Assembly (NCBI GenBank): GCA_964569245.1
Contig: CAZMTK010000002.1
Location: 25,952-89,951 of the forward strand
Source of the DNA: an uncultured bacterium
Lineage (GTDB): Bacteria > Fermentibacterota > Fermentibacteria > Fermentibacterales > Fermentibacteraceae
Length of the DNA: 64,000 nt
Reading direction: 5' to 3'
This document shows, piece after piece, positions 17,290 to 26,474 of the stretch. Position 1 is the stretch's first letter. Each line of letters starts with the position of its first letter. The notes below the pieces were generated by a model. The model did no database searches and was not told the origin of the DNA. It worked only from the letters and a program-made list of their open reading frames with translations. Position numbers and translations under genes: made by a program.

Positions 17290-20200
17290 GTGTCGGAGCC
17301 CAGGGTCATCTCCCGGAGGTTCTTCTCGGGCGGGCGCGAAGAGGCTCTGCTTGACGACGGCGAGGGCAGGCGCCTGGCACGCTGGTTCAGGACCGGTGCC
17401 TCACCCGGACAGGTGGCCGACTGGTTCGGCATCCTGTCCAGGCTCGATGTGCCCGGGATCGCCGTGCCTGACAGGCTTGAAGAAGGCGGCCCGGGCAGGT
17501 TCTGCTTCTCCATGGATGCGTCAGGATTCGAGGCGGTCTCCTCCACACCGTCCTCGCCCGGCTTCATCGGAGAGTCGCTCCGACTCCTTCACGAGGCCGG
17601 CTTCCTGCACCTGGACCTGACTTCGATGCCGTTCGCAAGGAGAAGCGGGCGGGACATGCTCCTCTTCTGGGGCGATGCCATCCTGCAGCCCGACCTTCCT
17701 GACCATGCCCCCGAGGTTCTCTCCGGAGCTTTCGCTACTACGGCTTCCGACTACTACGCACTTGGAAGGCTCGCTGCATCATGGCCCGGTCATGTCCTCA
17801 AAGAGAGCGGGCTCGGCTCGACCGAAGGACTCCTGTCGCCTTCACAGGTGCGCAGGGCGACCGTGGCAGCAGAGCTGGGGCTCACTGCAGGCGCTCCGCT
17901 GGACCAGCATGCGATTCCCCGGCTTCCCCGGAAGGGCGTGACCGCCGTCATCGGAGGCTCGCTGCAAGCCCGAGACAGCGTAGTCAACGAATGGGTGTGC
18001 ATGGCGAGATCGAGGGGGTGGCTGGCTCGGGTGGTGAGGTGTTCGCCATGGGAGAGGAGGCGTCCGCTGCCGGACAGGCCTCTCCCCGGCACGATCGCGA
18101 GATCGGCTGCAGATCTCATTTCATCTGTCTTTCCCGGCACCAGCGGTGTGAACCGGCTGCTGGTAATCGACAGCCCCTCCCATGCATCGCGGGACTTCCT
18201 GGAGATGGTGAAGGATCTGGCTGAGCTGCTGCCGCCCAGGCTGTGCCTGGTCATCTCGTCCGGGGCGCCAGCAGACTGGCTGGAGGCAGAGGATCTCCAG
18301 CAGGTGGAACTCTCAGGAGAGCGGGAGGAGTCTGCGGACCTCCCCTGCGGAGCGCCCGGGGCATCAGGCTGGCCGGGTCCGTCATGGTACGGAGCTAGAT
18401 GCCGAGGGGTCAGAGCCGGTGGCGAGCCAGAGATGCCCGTCGAGTCGAAGACGCTTCTCGCCGAGGGCGCCTTCAGAGAGCTCGCCGCGGCATGGGACGA
18501 AGGAGGCCCCGGGCGTCCGGATCGCTCGATTGCTGCGGAGTGCTTCCTCGAGCTGGGTCTTCCCGAGAGATCGCTGGAACTCCTTCCCGGGGATGCGACC
18601 GAGCTCAGAGCGCGAGCCATGATACCGATGGGCATGAACCGCGAGGCCGAGAATGATCTGCGCTCACTCGGCACCAGAAGGACTCTAACGGGAGATCTCC
18701 TCCTCGCCGACATCCTGATCGCGGACGCGAGGCTCGACGAGGCGCTGGAAGTGCTCGGGGAGGTCTCCGATTTCAGCAGAATAGAGCGCAGGGCGAGGAT
18801 CCTCGATCTGCTCGGCAGGCCTTCACAGGCCCTGTCACTGATCGACTCGGAGCTGCCCGCAGCCGCAGGGCGCGAGAGGACCGACCTGCTCTGCACCAAA
18901 TCCACCCTGATGATGAGGCTCGGCTTCTACGAAGATGCGCTGAAGGCGGCGGACGAGGCAGTGAGCGTTTCGAGGGGCACTGCCGACCTGGCAGCGCTCA
19001 CACGCAGCCTCCAGGAACGCGGAAGGGTGAGAGAGGTGACAGGAGCCTGGCGGGAAGCAATGGAGGACTGCCGCATGGCTGTCTTCTACTGCGAAGAGAA
19101 CGGCATGAGGCTGGCTCGACCGCCCCACATAGACTGCTTCGTCCTCGCTACGCGCATGGGTCTTCTCCCGGAATCGGAAGCCTTCTGGAAGGCCATCCCG
19201 TCGGTCATGGGAAGTACGGTGGCATCGTCCGGTCCGGGCCGGCTGACTCTGGACATGCTCGAAGCCTGTGCCGGGACGCTTCTCGGAAGAGGGGCCAGGG
19301 CGTTGGCAGCGGCTGAGCGTGGCGCGGCGGCGGCGGCATCCATGAGAATGCCGCTCAGGCAGGGCCTGTGCCTCCTCTACAGGAGCATCCTGATGATGCA
19401 GGAGGGCGAGGCGGACGAGGCCGTCCAGTCTCTGCGCCATGCGAGATCCATTGCCGGCCTGCTCGGAGACAGGCATCTCGAGCTGCTGGTGGACCTGGCA
19501 CAGGCTCAATCCGGAATATCGGTCGAGATATCGAGGATCACAGCACTGGCCGCCAATCTGGGTCTTGCTGCTGAAGCCCTGGAAGCGCGCTCGATGCCGG
19601 CCTCGGACCCCGAACAGAGGGCCGCAGCCCTCGGCGCACTTCTAGACCTGCCATCCCCTCTTCGTGCGTGCGAGCTTGCATCGCTGTCTCCAGAGACGCT
19701 CCCGGAACACCTTCTCGCCCGCCTGTCGAGGACCAGGGAGGATCTGCTGTCGGTCATGTCGGAGGAGGACGCCGAATCGTTCCGGCGGCTTACGCGCGGA
19801 CTGGAAGCCGTCCGTGGAACCGGAAGGCCACCCTTCGCGCGCAGTTGCAGCCTCGAGACGCTGCGATCCTTCTCCTCATGGGCATTGGGCTTCTGCAGAG
19901 GAGTGGAGGATCTGTCGGGGCTTGCGCGCATCACTGGTGCGGACAGGATCTCGACGGAGGGGGCAGGAGAGGTCATAGCGGACTCGCCGATACCTCTGAG
20001 GATGTCGGGCGGGGATCTCGAGCTGGCCAGGGCTCTCGGCCCGGCAGCCGCGGTGATAGCGGCATCCGTGCCGCAAGGCGGCGCACCGGGTGCAGCCGAG
20101 GAGTGGGATCCCTTCCCGGAGATAGCCGGGTCTTCCTCGGCGGTGATCCAGCTCAAGAGCGAGATGAACAGAGCGGCGATGCTCTCCATTCCGGTGCTGA

Positions 20201-21051
20201 TCACCGGTGAGACCGGAACGGGAAAGGACCTCGTTGCACGAGGAATCCACAGGAGGAGCCGATCCGCAAAGGGGCCGTTCGTGACTGTCGACTGTGGAGC
20301 CATACCGGACACCCTCCTGGAGTCGGAGCTATTCGGGGCAAGCAAGGGCGCCTATACGGACCTGAGGTCGGACAGGGCGGGGCTGGTCGAGTCCGCCGCC
20401 GGGGGCACCCTCTTCCTCGACGAGATCGGAAACATAGGGCAGGCCATGCAGGTCAAGCTGCTGCGGGTGCTTGAGACGGGCAGGTTCCACAGACTGGGAG
20501 ACTCGACGGAGATGGAGGTCGCCTTCAGGCTTCTTGCTGCGACGAACAGCGACCTTCCGGTAGAGGTCGCCGCGGGCCGCTTCAGAGCGGACCTCTACTA
20601 CAGGATTGCTGTCGTAATCATCAGGACGCCTCCTCTCCGAGAGAGGTCTCAGGACATCCCGGACCTCGCAGCCAGATTCATGTCGGAGATGAGACCGTCC
20701 GGAGCCGGCGAACTGCCTCGAATCACCGCAGGCGCCCTCCGCAGGCTCGCTACGCATCCCTGGCCCGGCAACGTGAGGGAGCTGAGGAACGTCATCCAGA
20801 GAGCAATGCTTCTAGGCGACGGCAGGCTGATCACGGAGAGGGACATTGTCTTCGAGGAGATAGGCGTGCATAGAGGCTTGCCCAGGCTGGAGAGCATCGA
20901 ACAGGCTGTCGCGAGGCATGTCCGCAGTGTCCTGGAATCGGTCGGCGGCAACCGGGCCCGTGCCGTGGAGATTCTCGAGTGCGACCCCAAGACTCTGAGG
21001 AAGTATCTGTCGCTCTACGACTCCCGCCTCGACGATCCGTCACGTGGATGA
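17290..21051 (+). CDS. large sigma54-dependent enhancer-binding protein: degenerate kinase-like N-terminus, TPR-like helices, AAA+ domain, Fis-type HTH
   Basis: VLITGETGTGKD, VDCGAIP, ESELFGASKGAYTD, TLFLDEIG, FRADLYYRI, PPLRER, WPGNVRELRN; HTH GNRARAVEILECDPKTL; GTG start. Confidence 0.9.
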   Translation: MSEPRVISRRFFSGGREEALLDDGEGRRLARWFRTGASPGQVADWFGILSRLDVPGIAVPDRLEEGGPGRFCFSMDASGFEAVSSTPSSPGFIGESLRLLHEAGFLHLDLTSMPFARRSGRDMLLFWGDAILQPDLPDHAPEVLSGAFATTASDYYALGRLAASWPGHVLKESGLGSTEGLLSPSQVRRATVAAELGLTAGAPLDQHAIPRLPRKGVTAVIGGSLQARDSVVNEWVCMARSRGWLARVVRCSPWERRRPLPDRPLPGTIARSAADLISSVFPGTSGVNRLLVIDSPSHASRDFLEMVKDLAELLPPRLCLVISSGAPADWLEAEDLQQVELSGEREESADLPCGAPGASGWPGPSWYGARCRGVRAGGEPEMPVESKTLLAEGAFRELAAAWDEGGPGRPDRSIAAECFLELGLPERSLELLPGDATELRARAMIPMGMNREAENDLRSLGTRRTLTGDLLLADILIADARLDEALEVLGEVSDFSRIERRARILDLLGRPSQALSLIDSELPAAAGRERTDLLCTKSTLMMRLGFYEDALKAADEAVSVSRGTADLAALTRSLQERGRVREVTGAWREAMEDCRMAVFYCEENGMRLARPPHIDCFVLATRMGLLPESEAFWKAIPSVMGSTVASSGPGRLTLDMLEACAGTLLGRGARALAAAERGAAAAASMRMPLRQGLCLLYRSILMMQEGEADEAVQSLRHARSIAGLLGDRHLELLVDLAQAQSGISVEISRITALAANLGLAAEALEARSMPASDPEQRAAALGALLDLPSPLRACELASLSPETLPEHLLARLSRTREDLLSVMSEEDAESFRRLTRGLEAVRGTGRPPFARSCSLETLRSFSSWALGFCRGVEDLSGLARITGADRISTEGAGEVIADSPIPLRMSGGDLELARALGPAAAVIAASVPQGGAPGAAEEWDPFPEIAGSSSAVIQLKSEMNRAAMLSIPVLITGETGTGKDLVARGIHRRSRSAKGPFVTVDCGAIPDTLLESELFGASKGAYTDLRSDRAGLVESAAGGTLFLDEIGNIGQAMQVKLLRVLETGRFHRLGDSTEMEVAFRLLAATNSDLPVEVAAGRFRADLYYRIAVVIIRTPPLRERSQDIPDLAARFMSEMRPSGAGELPRITAGALRRLATHPWPGNVRELRNVIQRAMLLGDGRLITERDIVFEEIGVHRGLPRLESIEQAVARHVRSVLESVGGNRARAVEILECDPKTLRKYLSLYDSRLDDPSRG

Positions 21052-21716
21052 GAGCCGGAGACGCCCGGCAAGGGCTCCTTGTTCCTGTGGTTTCCGCGTG
21101 ACACATAGGGGGAGCCGGGAATGAAGAAACGCCTCTTCAGATCGGCATCCCTCGAGATGCCTATCCTCGCGGAAGTCGCCACTTCGGGTCCTGGCGCGCC
21201 GGCCCGGACCAGGATCGCCATCTCAGGCCCGGCCAGCGACATCCCGTCGTGCCTCCGGTCTATTCCCAGAGCCTCGCAGAGCCTTCCCGGCCCGGAGGCC
21301 AGCAGGAGAGGGTCGGCAACTCCGCGTCTCCGGATCATCGCATCGCGTCCCGCGAGAGGCTCGATCGCCCTCACGAGGACTGCCTCGCCGACGCCCTCCG
21401 GACCGGTCACCACATTGAAGCAGAAGTGGACGCCGTAGCTCAGATAGACGTATGCCACCCCTCCCCGCCGGAACATCGAAGCGTTCCTGCGGGTCGGACC
21501 GAAGTAGGAATGGCTGGCCCTGTCGTCGGCCGTATAGGCTTCGGTCTCGACTATCACACCGCCGGTCGTTGCGCCGTTCGAGGTGGTCAGCAGCAGGCAG
21601 CCGACGAGCCTCCGGGCTACCTCCAGGGCTCCCGATTCGAAGAATCCACAGGGGGGCGGCCCCCAATCATCGCCCGCCTCGGGCGGAACCGTGCCCGGCG
21701 ATTCTCTTCCGCTCAT
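21015..21716 (-). CDS. mpg: DNA-3-methyladenine glycosylase (MPG/AAG family)
   Basis: IVETEAY, AYVYLSYGVHFCFNVV, AVLVRAIEP, GPGRLCEAL, RIGIS; start trimmed to MSGRES (21716). Confidence 0.95.
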   Translation of the reverse strand: MSGRESPGTVPPEAGDDWGPPPCGFFESGALEVARRLVGCLLLTTSNGATTGGVIVETEAYTADDRASHSYFGPTRRNASMFRRGGVAYVYLSYGVHFCFNVVTGPEGVGEAVLVRAIEPLAGRDAMIRRRGVADPLLLASGPGRLCEALGIDRRHDGMSLAGPEMAILVRAGAPGPEVATSARIGISRDADLKRRFFIPGSPYVSRGNHRNKEPLPGVSGSHPRDGSSRRES

Positions 21717-21781
21717 CTGGCCTCCGGTCCCGGCAGCGCGGCCGCAGCGCCGCACGCGGCAAACATAACAGCCCCAGGTAC

Positions 21782-21796
21782 GCGCGTAGCGTGCCA
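21782..21796 (-). promoter_or_regulatory. candidate sigma54 -24/-12 promoter facing mpg
   Basis: Minus strand TGGCACGCTACGCGC: perfect TGGCACG and GC at the -12 position; TT before GC not matched. Confidence 0.4.
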
Positions 21797-21832
21797 TCCT
21801 CCGCCAGGGCAGTTGCCGCATGGAACGGAACC

Positions 21833-21847
21833 TGTGAGATTCTCACA
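21833..21847. promoter_or_regulatory. perfect 15-bp palindrome (candidate operator)
   Basis: TGTGAGA-T-TCTCACA, ending on the A of the prsW-like ATG. Confidence 0.5.
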
Positions 21848-22821
21848 TGATGATCACGCTGGCTACAGGCCTGGTATCCGTTGCTCCCTCACTGTTGCTG
21901 GTATGGTTCTTCCATGCCAGAGACAGGTTCCCGGAGCCTCCCAGGGTCATCTGGACGACCTTCCTCCTCGGCCTGCTCACCATCCCTCCCGTGGTCGCCT
22001 TCGAGTGGCTCATCACATCCGCCATGCCCGAGGGCGCGACCGGTCTGGAGGCATCGCTCTTCGATGCATTTCTAGTGGCCGCCCTCGTCGAGGAGACCTT
22101 CAAGCTGCTGGTCCTTCTGTTCTACTCCTTCAGGCGGCCGGCCTTCGACGAAACGATGGACGGGATGGTCTACGGCGCCGTGGCGAGCCTCGGCTTCGCC
22201 ACGCTGGAGAACGTCCTCTACGTGCTGGAGGGCGGGATGGGCGTCGGCATCACGAGGGCTCTCCTGTCCGTGCCGGCGCATGCGTGCTGGGGAGCTCTTC
22301 TTGGCTACCACGTCGCCCGGGGCCGGCTTAGGGGCAGGCCGCTTCAGGGCATCCTCGCGGGCTTGTCGATCGCAGTGCTTCTGCACGGGCTCTACGACTT
22401 CCCCATAATGCATCTCGAGCGGGTGGACGATGAGTCCGGAGCAGCGCTCCTGATTCTCGCCACCCTGGCAGCCGCGATCGCGAGCTGGGTCTGGGTGCTC
22501 CGCATCTCGAGAAAGATGCGCAGAGCGCAGCAGGAATGCCGTACTGCCTACAGGGCGAGTGATTCGGGAATCCAGCCTCCGGCGCGCACAGGACGTCCTC
22601 CCTCGAAGGCGGTTGCGGCTCTGCTGCTCGTTGCCGGAGTGGTCATTGCCAGCTCAGGGGCGCTGCTGGTGCTAGGGATCGTCATCGGGTTCGCAACGGG
22701 CTCTGTCGAGCACGGGGACGAGCTGCCCACTCTGGCAGGAGGATTTGTCATAGGCGTGATCCCACTCGTCATCGGAATCCTTCTCTTCCGCTCGGGCATC
22801 CGACGCCTGAACCGTTCCTGA
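21847..22821 (+). CDS. PrsW-family intramembrane metalloprotease
   Basis: VEETFK, GFATLEN, HACWG, HGLYDF in a multi-TM protein. Confidence 0.92.
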   Translation: MMITLATGLVSVAPSLLLVWFFHARDRFPEPPRVIWTTFLLGLLTIPPVVAFEWLITSAMPEGATGLEASLFDAFLVAALVEETFKLLVLLFYSFRRPAFDETMDGMVYGAVASLGFATLENVLYVLEGGMGVGITRALLSVPAHACWGALLGYHVARGRLRGRPLQGILAGLSIAVLLHGLYDFPIMHLERVDDESGAALLILATLAAAIASWVWVLRISRKMRRAQQECRTAYRASDSGIQPPARTGRPPSKAVAALLLVAGVVIASSGALLVLGIVIGFATGSVEHGDELPTLAGGFVIGVIPLVIGILLFRSGIRRLNRS

Positions 22822-22839
22822 CTTCGCCAGCCCGATCGG

Positions 22840-22971
22840 TATCAGGTTGAAGATGCTTGAGAAACATCAGGAAGCACTCCCATCTCGTCTGCGGGCAGGC
22901 AACGGCTTGGAATGGCGATATGGATGTCGGGAAGCTGTCCGCAGGGTTTCTCAAGCATCTTCAACCTGATA
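22840..22971. mobile_element. MITE-like element 2 (TA + 128 bp with terminal inverted repeats + TA)
   Basis: 22839-22865 GTATCAGGTTGAAGATGCTTGAGAAAC is the exact reverse complement of 22946-22972; 80-bp core. Confidence 0.75.
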
Positions 22972-22975
22972 CTGT

Positions 22976-25900
22976 CTAGTAGCGCAGGGTGTAGTGAAGC
23001 TCCAGAGAAGGCTCCTGTTCGCCGTGCAGGGTGGACTTGGTGCTGCCTGTCACATAGAGATCGGGGTGGAAATAGTACTGCGCGCTTATCGTCCCCGGCT
23101 CGGTCGAGAACACGTCGCCCGAAAAGGACACGAACAGGTCCGGCAGTATGTACTTGCCCACATCCACAGTCAGGCTCGTTGAATCCGCCAGCAGCTCCGG
23201 CGTGAGCTGGAGCTCGTCCAGCCCGATCTCTCCACGGAGGCTCCTCGCGAGCAGCCTGCCGACATAGCCCTGGGCGGCATCCTCGAGCTGGCTCTGCATC
23301 GCTCCGCTGTCCATCTGCTGCAGCTCCCCGTACGTCATCCCCACCGCGAGAAGCGCCAGCACGTCCTCCTGCGCCAGCTCTCCGAAGGGTCCGGTGCCCA
23401 CGAGCGTTATGGAAGGGCTTGCTATGCTGCCCTCGATCGAGACGATGATGTGGTATAGATCCCTGTCCATCGCCCCCCTGATGTCCGTCTCCGCAATTAT
23501 GGAGAGTCTCTGCTCCGGGGGATCCCCAGGAAGGAGCTCGACAGTCCCGTCCGTTATGCGGAAGTCCCTGTCCAGCAGGTGCACGCTTCCCCGCAGAGAT
23601 CTCAGCGTGCCGCTCACCTCGGGATAGCCCTCCTGAGTGAAGACGGTTACATCCACTCCTATCTCTATGTCTGCAAGGGAATTCCTGAACCAGACGCCGC
23701 GATTGCTTCTCAACGCGATCAACAGGTCGAAGGGGAGCGGCCGCCGTTCGACCGACGAGCTCGCTGGAGACGACTGAGGCATCCCCACAAGCCCCTCCTC
23801 GATGTCGATCTTTCCTGCGAGCAGCGGCCTCGCGACAGCGGGATCGTTTCCGCCCGAGAAGACCGAGCCCGAGAAGACCAGAGCTGCAAAGCCGCCCAGG
23901 GCTGTGCGGACGCTCTCGAATCCCGCCGAGAACCGGTACCTTCCTACGCGGACGCCGGTACTGTCGCTCTCCAGGTTCAGCAGCAGCTCCGTGCTCATCA
24001 CTCCGTTCCCGGCCCCGGCGGATGCGGCGCTGATCCTGGTGGTGAAGCCGGTAGTGTCCGGGTAGTGGTGCGTCAGGTACATGACCACGTTGTCTATGGG
24101 CATGTCCAGGCTCGTGACTATCAGCCTGTCGGCCATGGCAGACGCCTCCACGTCGAACCGGGGGAGGCTCCCGTACTCCCTCTCATATCTTGCGTGGGCT
24201 ACGATGTCGGCCCCTCTCGTCCTAAGGGGAATCGGCAGGGCGTAGAAGACCCAGTCGCCGAAGTGGTTTATCTGGAAATCGACGCTGGTGATCCTGTCAA
24301 GAGAGAAGTCGAGCCTGCCCTCGGTCCACACGTCCTGAACTCTCGCAGTGAAGCCGGACTTGTTGCCCGAGTCCCACGAGTAGAATCCGGGAATCTCGAG
24401 GTCGGAGTCGACGATGCCTGCCTCGAAGACCAGGCTGTCTGCGCTGTAGGGGCCGAACGAGGGGCCGGTGATGCGCCCCTGGAGCCGGGCATCCAGATCC
24501 TCCCCTGAGGCCGAAACCCACAATCCCAGGCTGCCCACTCCCGACACCCCCCTGCCGAGATGCAATGCGGAGGCGAGAGAAGCGAAGTCGGCGCTCGCTA
24601 TGAATACCGAGAAGTCCAGCGTATCATCCGGTCCGAACGTGCCGCTCATGCAGATCGTTCCCTGCGGGGTCTTCACCCACGAGGTGTCGAGCGACAGGGT
24701 GCCGCCAGGCAGGATCCGGCAGGCCAGGGCCCCGTCCTGGACCAGCCTGAGCTTGGACTGGTCGATGCCGATCCCGGCGAGATCGAGGAGTGTCGTGTCC
24801 CCCGGAACGCACCTTGCGGCTGCGGAGATCCTGTAGCCCCCCGGGGTCTCCGCCGAAAGGTCTTCCATCCTGTATTCACCCCTCGACATCTCCAGGCTTC
24901 CGGAGAGGGACAGCACGGCACCAGCCACCGAGAGGGCTTCGCACTCCACTGAGACGAGCCCTTCCGGATGTCCCCTGCCGAGGTCCATGCTCCCGGAGGC
25001 AGAGAAGCCGCCGATCGTTCCTCCATCGAAGGCGACGGAGTCCAGAGAGAGGGACCCGTCGAGCGAGATTCGGGTCCTGGTGCCTGCGACGTCCGCCTCC
25101 CCGGCCAGCCCCGTGAATCGCGGAATGCCCGGTCCCAGGAGACCTGAGACCGGATCCGAGGAAGGCACCGCCAGAACCAGGTGGCCTCTGTAGGTGAGAG
25201 GCAGCAAGTCCTCTCCAAGGAGTCCAGATCCCGTGAAGGACACGTCGGCGCGATTCGAAGACAGGTCTCCGGAGGCACTCCAGCGGCTGCCGCCGAACAC
25301 GGCCTCGAGGTTCGCGGCGTCCAGGCGAAGGTCACCCAGCGTGCTGCCGCCCAGCGAGAGGCGGAGGCTGCCCCCTCGCACTCCGGAAGCGTCGCCCTCG
25401 AGGTCCGCTCTTGCAGAACCGGACATGCGAGCGGATGGCAGGGACTGGTCGAGCGCCGACGGATCGAATGAGCTCATATGGACATCCGCCCCGGCCTGCC
25501 ACTCCATCCCGGCGAATGCGATGCTTCCGTCGAGCCTCATCGATGCTCCCGGCCACGAGAGCTCCAGCCCCCTCACCGCCACACCGTCGAGAGTCGCAAT
25601 GGCGGTGTCGGCTGAGAATGTCAGCGCGGTTCCGCCGTAGTCGGCCGATCCGTCCATGAGGGAAACCTCGACCTCGGGGCGCGAGATCGTACCGCCTGCC
25701 GTTCCCGTGAAGTCCATGGATGCCGAGAACGGGAGATCCGGCAGAGAGGCGGCGATCGTGCCGCTGGAGGAGATCTCTACCGAACCGTCCGAGCCGTTCA
25801 TCCATCCGGTGAAGTAGAGGTTGCCGAAGGGGGTCATGCCGGAGAACCCGCTGCTTTCGACCACTCCGTCGCGCATGGAGACCTGGCCGCTGCCCCTGAA

Positions 25901-26473
25901 CCTCCCAAGGCCCCTGATGCAAGTCGAGGCGCTGACGACGCTCACGGAGATTCCGCGGCCCCGGCTCACGGAGCCTGCGAAACGCATCGAGTCCAGCAGA
26001 GGGCCGCAGGAGTCCGATATGCGGCCGTACTCCAGCGAGAGACTGTCCGCGGAACAGACGATTCCTCGGTCTATGTCTTCGAGAATCCCCGCCAGAGTCC
26101 TCGGGATGCCGTTCGGGTCGCGCCGGGGAATCTCGATGTCCAGCCGGGAGGCGGAGACCCTCTCGACGGCTCTTGCGAGAAGGAAGACATGAAGCGCTCC
26201 TTCCACTTCGCCGTCGCAGACACGGACATAGAGGCCTCGCCGCCCCAGCACCTCAACCGTGTCCACCGTGCTCCTCCAGAAGAGATCGGTGTGGATTCTG
26301 CCGATCCTCACCAGAACGCTGTCCGTGGATACGGAGCCCGCGACGACCATTCCTATCGTCTCGTCGAGCATTCCCGTCAGTATGACCAGGTAGGCCGACA
26401 GGATCATCAGGACGAAGCCCGATGCCAACGCCCTGTGCGGCCCTGTCCTGAAGCGGGGGGGGCGAATCGCCAT
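22976..26473 (-). CDS. translocation and assembly module TamB (DUF490) family
   Basis: N-terminal TM, long glycine-rich beta sequence; C-terminal GTLRSLRGSV, QEDVLALL, VGKYILPDLFVSF, ELHYTLRY. Confidence 0.85.
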   Translation of the reverse strand: MAIRPPRFRTGPHRALASGFVLMILSAYLVILTGMLDETIGMVVAGSVSTDSVLVRIGRIHTDLFWRSTVDTVEVLGRRGLYVRVCDGEVEGALHVFLLARAVERVSASRLDIEIPRRDPNGIPRTLAGILEDIDRGIVCSADSLSLEYGRISDSCGPLLDSMRFAGSVSRGRGISVSVVSASTCIRGLGRFRGSGQVSMRDGVVESSGFSGMTPFGNLYFTGWMNGSDGSVEISSSGTIAASLPDLPFSASMDFTGTAGGTISRPEVEVSLMDGSADYGGTALTFSADTAIATLDGVAVRGLELSWPGASMRLDGSIAFAGMEWQAGADVHMSSFDPSALDQSLPSARMSGSARADLEGDASGVRGGSLRLSLGGSTLGDLRLDAANLEAVFGGSRWSASGDLSSNRADVSFTGSGLLGEDLLPLTYRGHLVLAVPSSDPVSGLLGPGIPRFTGLAGEADVAGTRTRISLDGSLSLDSVAFDGGTIGGFSASGSMDLGRGHPEGLVSVECEALSVAGAVLSLSGSLEMSRGEYRMEDLSAETPGGYRISAAARCVPGDTTLLDLAGIGIDQSKLRLVQDGALACRILPGGTLSLDTSWVKTPQGTICMSGTFGPDDTLDFSVFIASADFASLASALHLGRGVSGVGSLGLWVSASGEDLDARLQGRITGPSFGPYSADSLVFEAGIVDSDLEIPGFYSWDSGNKSGFTARVQDVWTEGRLDFSLDRITSVDFQINHFGDWVFYALPIPLRTRGADIVAHARYEREYGSLPRFDVEASAMADRLIVTSLDMPIDNVVMYLTHHYPDTTGFTTRISAASAGAGNGVMSTELLLNLESDSTGVRVGRYRFSAGFESVRTALGGFAALVFSGSVFSGGNDPAVARPLLAGKIDIEEGLVGMPQSSPASSSVERRPLPFDLLIALRSNRGVWFRNSLADIEIGVDVTVFTQEGYPEVSGTLRSLRGSVHLLDRDFRITDGTVELLPGDPPEQRLSIIAETDIRGAMDRDLYHIIVSIEGSIASPSITLVGTGPFGELAQEDVLALLAVGMTYGELQQMDSGAMQSQLEDAAQGYVGRLLARSLRGEIGLDELQLTPELLADSTSLTVDVGKYILPDLFVSFSGDVFSTEPGTISAQYYFHPDLYVTGSTKSTLHGEQEPSLELHYTLRY

Positions 26474-26474
26474 T

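Noticed and set aside
21015-21051. 37-nt convergent overlap of mpg and the activator gene as antisense control
   Set aside because: Short tail-to-tail overlaps are common in high-GC genomes
21833-21847. CRP site
   Set aside because: Spacing is TGTGA-N5-TCACA, not N6; kept only as an unassigned palindrome
16197-22972. Inverted-repeat elements as integron attC sites or a CRISPR array
   Set aside because: The GTT/AAC cores face the wrong way for attC (RYYYAAC...GTTRRRY) and no integrase is present; repeats are inverted and 6.5 kb apart, not tandem direct repeats, and no cas genes are present
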